Source of the DNA: Candidatus Eiseniibacteriota bacterium
Lineage (GTDB): Bacteria > Eisenbacteria > RBG-16-71-46 > JABDJR01 > JAWXBZ01
Direction of reading: 5' to 3'
Length of the DNA stretch: 17,544 nt
Assembly: GCA_034440375.1 (NCBI GenBank)
Contig: JAWXBZ010000187.1
Span: forward strand, 1-17,544
Below are positions 15,528 through 17,544 of this stretch, piece by piece (the stretch's first letter is position 1; every line of letters begins with the position of its first letter). The notes under the pieces are model-generated. The model was not told the origin of the DNA, searched no databases, and saw only the letters and a program-made list of their open reading frames with translations. The translations under genes and the position numbers were made by a program.

Positions 15528-16045
15528 ACCTGAAGCGCATAAGCCCCGACGCCATTCCGGCCGCCCTGGCCCGCGCCGAGCGCTATCGACTGTTGAACCA
15601 GGCCCGCCAGGCCGAGAGCATCGCGCGGGACATCCTGGCCGTCGTTCCGGATCACCAGGAGGCCTCGGTCCTCCTGCTGCTCGCCCTCACCGATTGCTTC
15701 ACCGACGACGCGGCCGACGCGGCGCATGTCGACGCGCTGGCACTCGTGCCGAAGCTGGACGGCGACTATGCCCGAGCCTATTACGAAGGGCTGGTCGTGG
15801 AGCGCTGGGCGCTGGCGCTTCAGCATCGCGCTGCCCCGCATCACCTGATCGCGGACTGGATTGAGCAGGCGATGGTCTTCTTCGAAATGGCAGAGGCACG
15901 GCGCCAGCCCGGCAACGACGAGGCGCTGTTGCGCTGGAACGCCTGTGCACGACTGTTGGCGAGGCTTTTGCGAACTAAAAAACCGGTGGTTGGTGCGGAC
16001 CAACACGGGGCGGATATGGATCTGGGGGACGATCCGCCGCGGTAG
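15524..16045 (+). CDS. Hypothetical alpha-helical (TPR-like) protein downstream of sdhB, 173 aa
   Basis: GC-rich codon usage like its neighbours, and a helical-repeat pattern (AALARAERYRLLNQ...AESIARDILAVVPDHQEA; FEMAEARRQPGNDEALLRWNAC). Confidence 0.8.
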   Translation: MNLKRISPDAIPAALARAERYRLLNQARQAESIARDILAVVPDHQEASVLLLLALTDCFTDDAADAAHVDALALVPKLDGDYARAYYEGLVVERWALALQHRAAPHHLIADWIEQAMVFFEMAEARRQPGNDEALLRWNACARLLARLLRTKKPVVGADQHGADMDLGDDPPR

Positions 16046-16217
16046 GCAACGTGCGGTGATTTACCGGCGCCTGAGAACAACCACCTCCTGGCGCTCGTGG
16101 GAACAAGGGGCCCCCTCGACTCATCAGTTTCCCGGGAGGCATGAACTTGTTGGACTGCGGACGCGAAAGCTTCGCGCATGGCTGGCCTGTCCAACTCGGG
16201 GAGGGTGCGGCTTGACC

Positions 16218-17273
16218 ATGTCAGCGTTCAGGTTGGCTCTCGCCCTGATCATCCTGAGTGTTTCCCCATGTCTGGCACAACCCGGGCCGCAACCCCAACT
16301 GGTCCCGTACTATCTCTCACTCATCTCCAGGACCTGGGTCGAGCACCCCACCGGCGCGATCATGGGTGCCCTTGGATTTCAGTGGCCTGAGGGGTGCACG
16401 TGGCCAGTGGCCAGGGTTTGTCAACCGCCAAACGTGAACGCCTACTTGCTCACCTGGGGATGTCGTCCCGGGACAGAGTTGCCCCCGATCGGTGCGCGCG
16501 CCTGCCTGCTCAATCCGGACGGCACGATCCGCTGGAATCGTCCGGTCAGCCTCGACGAGGATGCAAAGATCTCCGACGATCTGGTTTCCTGCTTCATGGA
16601 ATACCGGCATTCCGACTCCTTGAACGCGTATGGCCGGCCGGTCAGCAATGGTCGTATTCACGTGACTTGGGTCGACTCACTGGGGAGCGTGATCGGGAGC
16701 TGGGAGCTCGATGCTCAAGATGCATTCGGGCCCAACACCTACGCCCGATTTTCGTACGCGACGTTTCTGCCGAAGACGCATCGCATGCTCTTCCTCCAGG
16801 AAAAAACGTTTGGCTGGGAACGGTCGAAATCGACAGCTGACGATTCACAGGTCCTCGTTTGCGTCTCGCTCGAGGGAGGGGAAATGTGGCGCACGCGGGT
16901 GGAATCACGCTACGAAGGCGTTGGGACATCCGTGTCGGGCAACTTGATAGTCTTGTGGGGGCGGGAGTCGCTCCCGGAGCGCGACGACGGTGAATCGCAA
17001 TATCGCTGGATCATGACGCTCGTGTCGCCGGCTGGAGACGTCCTCGGAACCGTGACCGACGAGGGGATCATGTCCAATTCAATAATCTTGATTGATCCCC
17101 GCGGCGATCGCCTCTACTACAGGATGTTTTCGGAGGTAAGATCGATAGACGTCATCGCCGGGAGGACCCGTGTCGAGCCCGACTCACTGCGGCTTGGTGA
17201 TCTCTGTTCTTATCCCGACTCGGCGGTGGCGCGTGCGGCAAGAGACATGTTGTGGTCTTTGCAGAGCCAGTAG
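16218..17273 (+). CDS. Hypothetical secreted protein, 351 aa, beta-rich (possibly propeller-like)
   Basis: GGGAGG upstream of ATG 16218, signal-peptide-like MSAFRLALALIILSVSPCLA-Q, and recurring short strands (DGTIRW, GSVIGSW, GGEMWR, AGDVLG). Confidence 0.65.
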   Translation: MSAFRLALALIILSVSPCLAQPGPQPQLVPYYLSLISRTWVEHPTGAIMGALGFQWPEGCTWPVARVCQPPNVNAYLLTWGCRPGTELPPIGARACLLNPDGTIRWNRPVSLDEDAKISDDLVSCFMEYRHSDSLNAYGRPVSNGRIHVTWVDSLGSVIGSWELDAQDAFGPNTYARFSYATFLPKTHRMLFLQEKTFGWERSKSTADDSQVLVCVSLEGGEMWRTRVESRYEGVGTSVSGNLIVLWGRESLPERDDGESQYRWIMTLVSPAGDVLGTVTDEGIMSNSIILIDPRGDRLYYRMFSEVRSIDVIAGRTRVEPDSLRLGDLCSYPDSAVARAARDMLWSLQSQ

Positions 17274-17368
17274 GGGCCACCAGAGTACGGGTGGGAGAAT
17301 AGCGCTGATTCGAAAGGCCAAGCGTGCCGAATCCTTCCGACGAGGGCGACTCACGACGTGTAAACCGC

Positions 17369-17382
17369 TTGACATTTGACAT
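17369..17382 (+). repeat. Tandem heptamer TTGACAT-TTGACAT (possible regulatory site)
   Basis: Two adjacent TTGACA hexamers in intergenic DNA; no matching -10 found. Confidence 0.4.
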
Positions 17383-17544
17383 TGCACCCTTCACCCCCTG
17401 ATCGCCGCCTCAGGAACGGGTAGTTGGCGATGACTGACATGTCCTGAGCCAGTGTCCTGCCACTGGTGCTCTCCCTCACCACCTCACTATCCTTTCACCG
17501 CGTGTCTCGACGACGTCAACTCTCCCCCCCGCACCGTAGCCCCC

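Noticed and set aside
16130-16200. GGACGCGAAAGC resembling a c-di-GMP-I riboswitch core
   Set aside because: The upstream GCAAAC...GAAA stem and the remaining consensus are missing.
15861-16217. N-terminal extension of the 470-aa ORF
   Set aside because: Overlaps the 173-aa gene; the SD and signal peptide point to ATG 16218.
17369-17382. CtsR box
   Set aside because: CtsR heptads are separated by 3 nt; these are adjacent and differ from the consensus.

Overview
GC-rich bacterial DNA; the taxon cannot be determined from this window. In order: a minus-strand glycosylation operon (two GT4 glycosyltransferases and a YfhO-like membrane protein cut by the window edge); a divergent SAM methyltransferase; an HNH endonuclease gene bracketed by two identical perfect 20-bp palindromes (AACTCGTTCCGGAACGAGTT at 4809-4828 and 6117-6136); a decayed gene split by one TGA; an Fpg/Nei glycosylase pseudogene with a large internal deletion; a Zn/Cd-type P1B ATPase; a divergent type-B carboxylesterase; an atypical STAS protein; a PLP-decarboxylase remnant, also internally deleted; a mycobacterial Sdh1-like succinate dehydrogenase operon with a linker mini-ORF and a helical hypothetical gene; and a secreted hypothetical protein. 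The best candidate for an undescribed system is the palindrome-bounded HNH unit of about 1.3 kb, possibly a mobile or REP-like element. Family calls come from motif recognition by eye; no searches were run.
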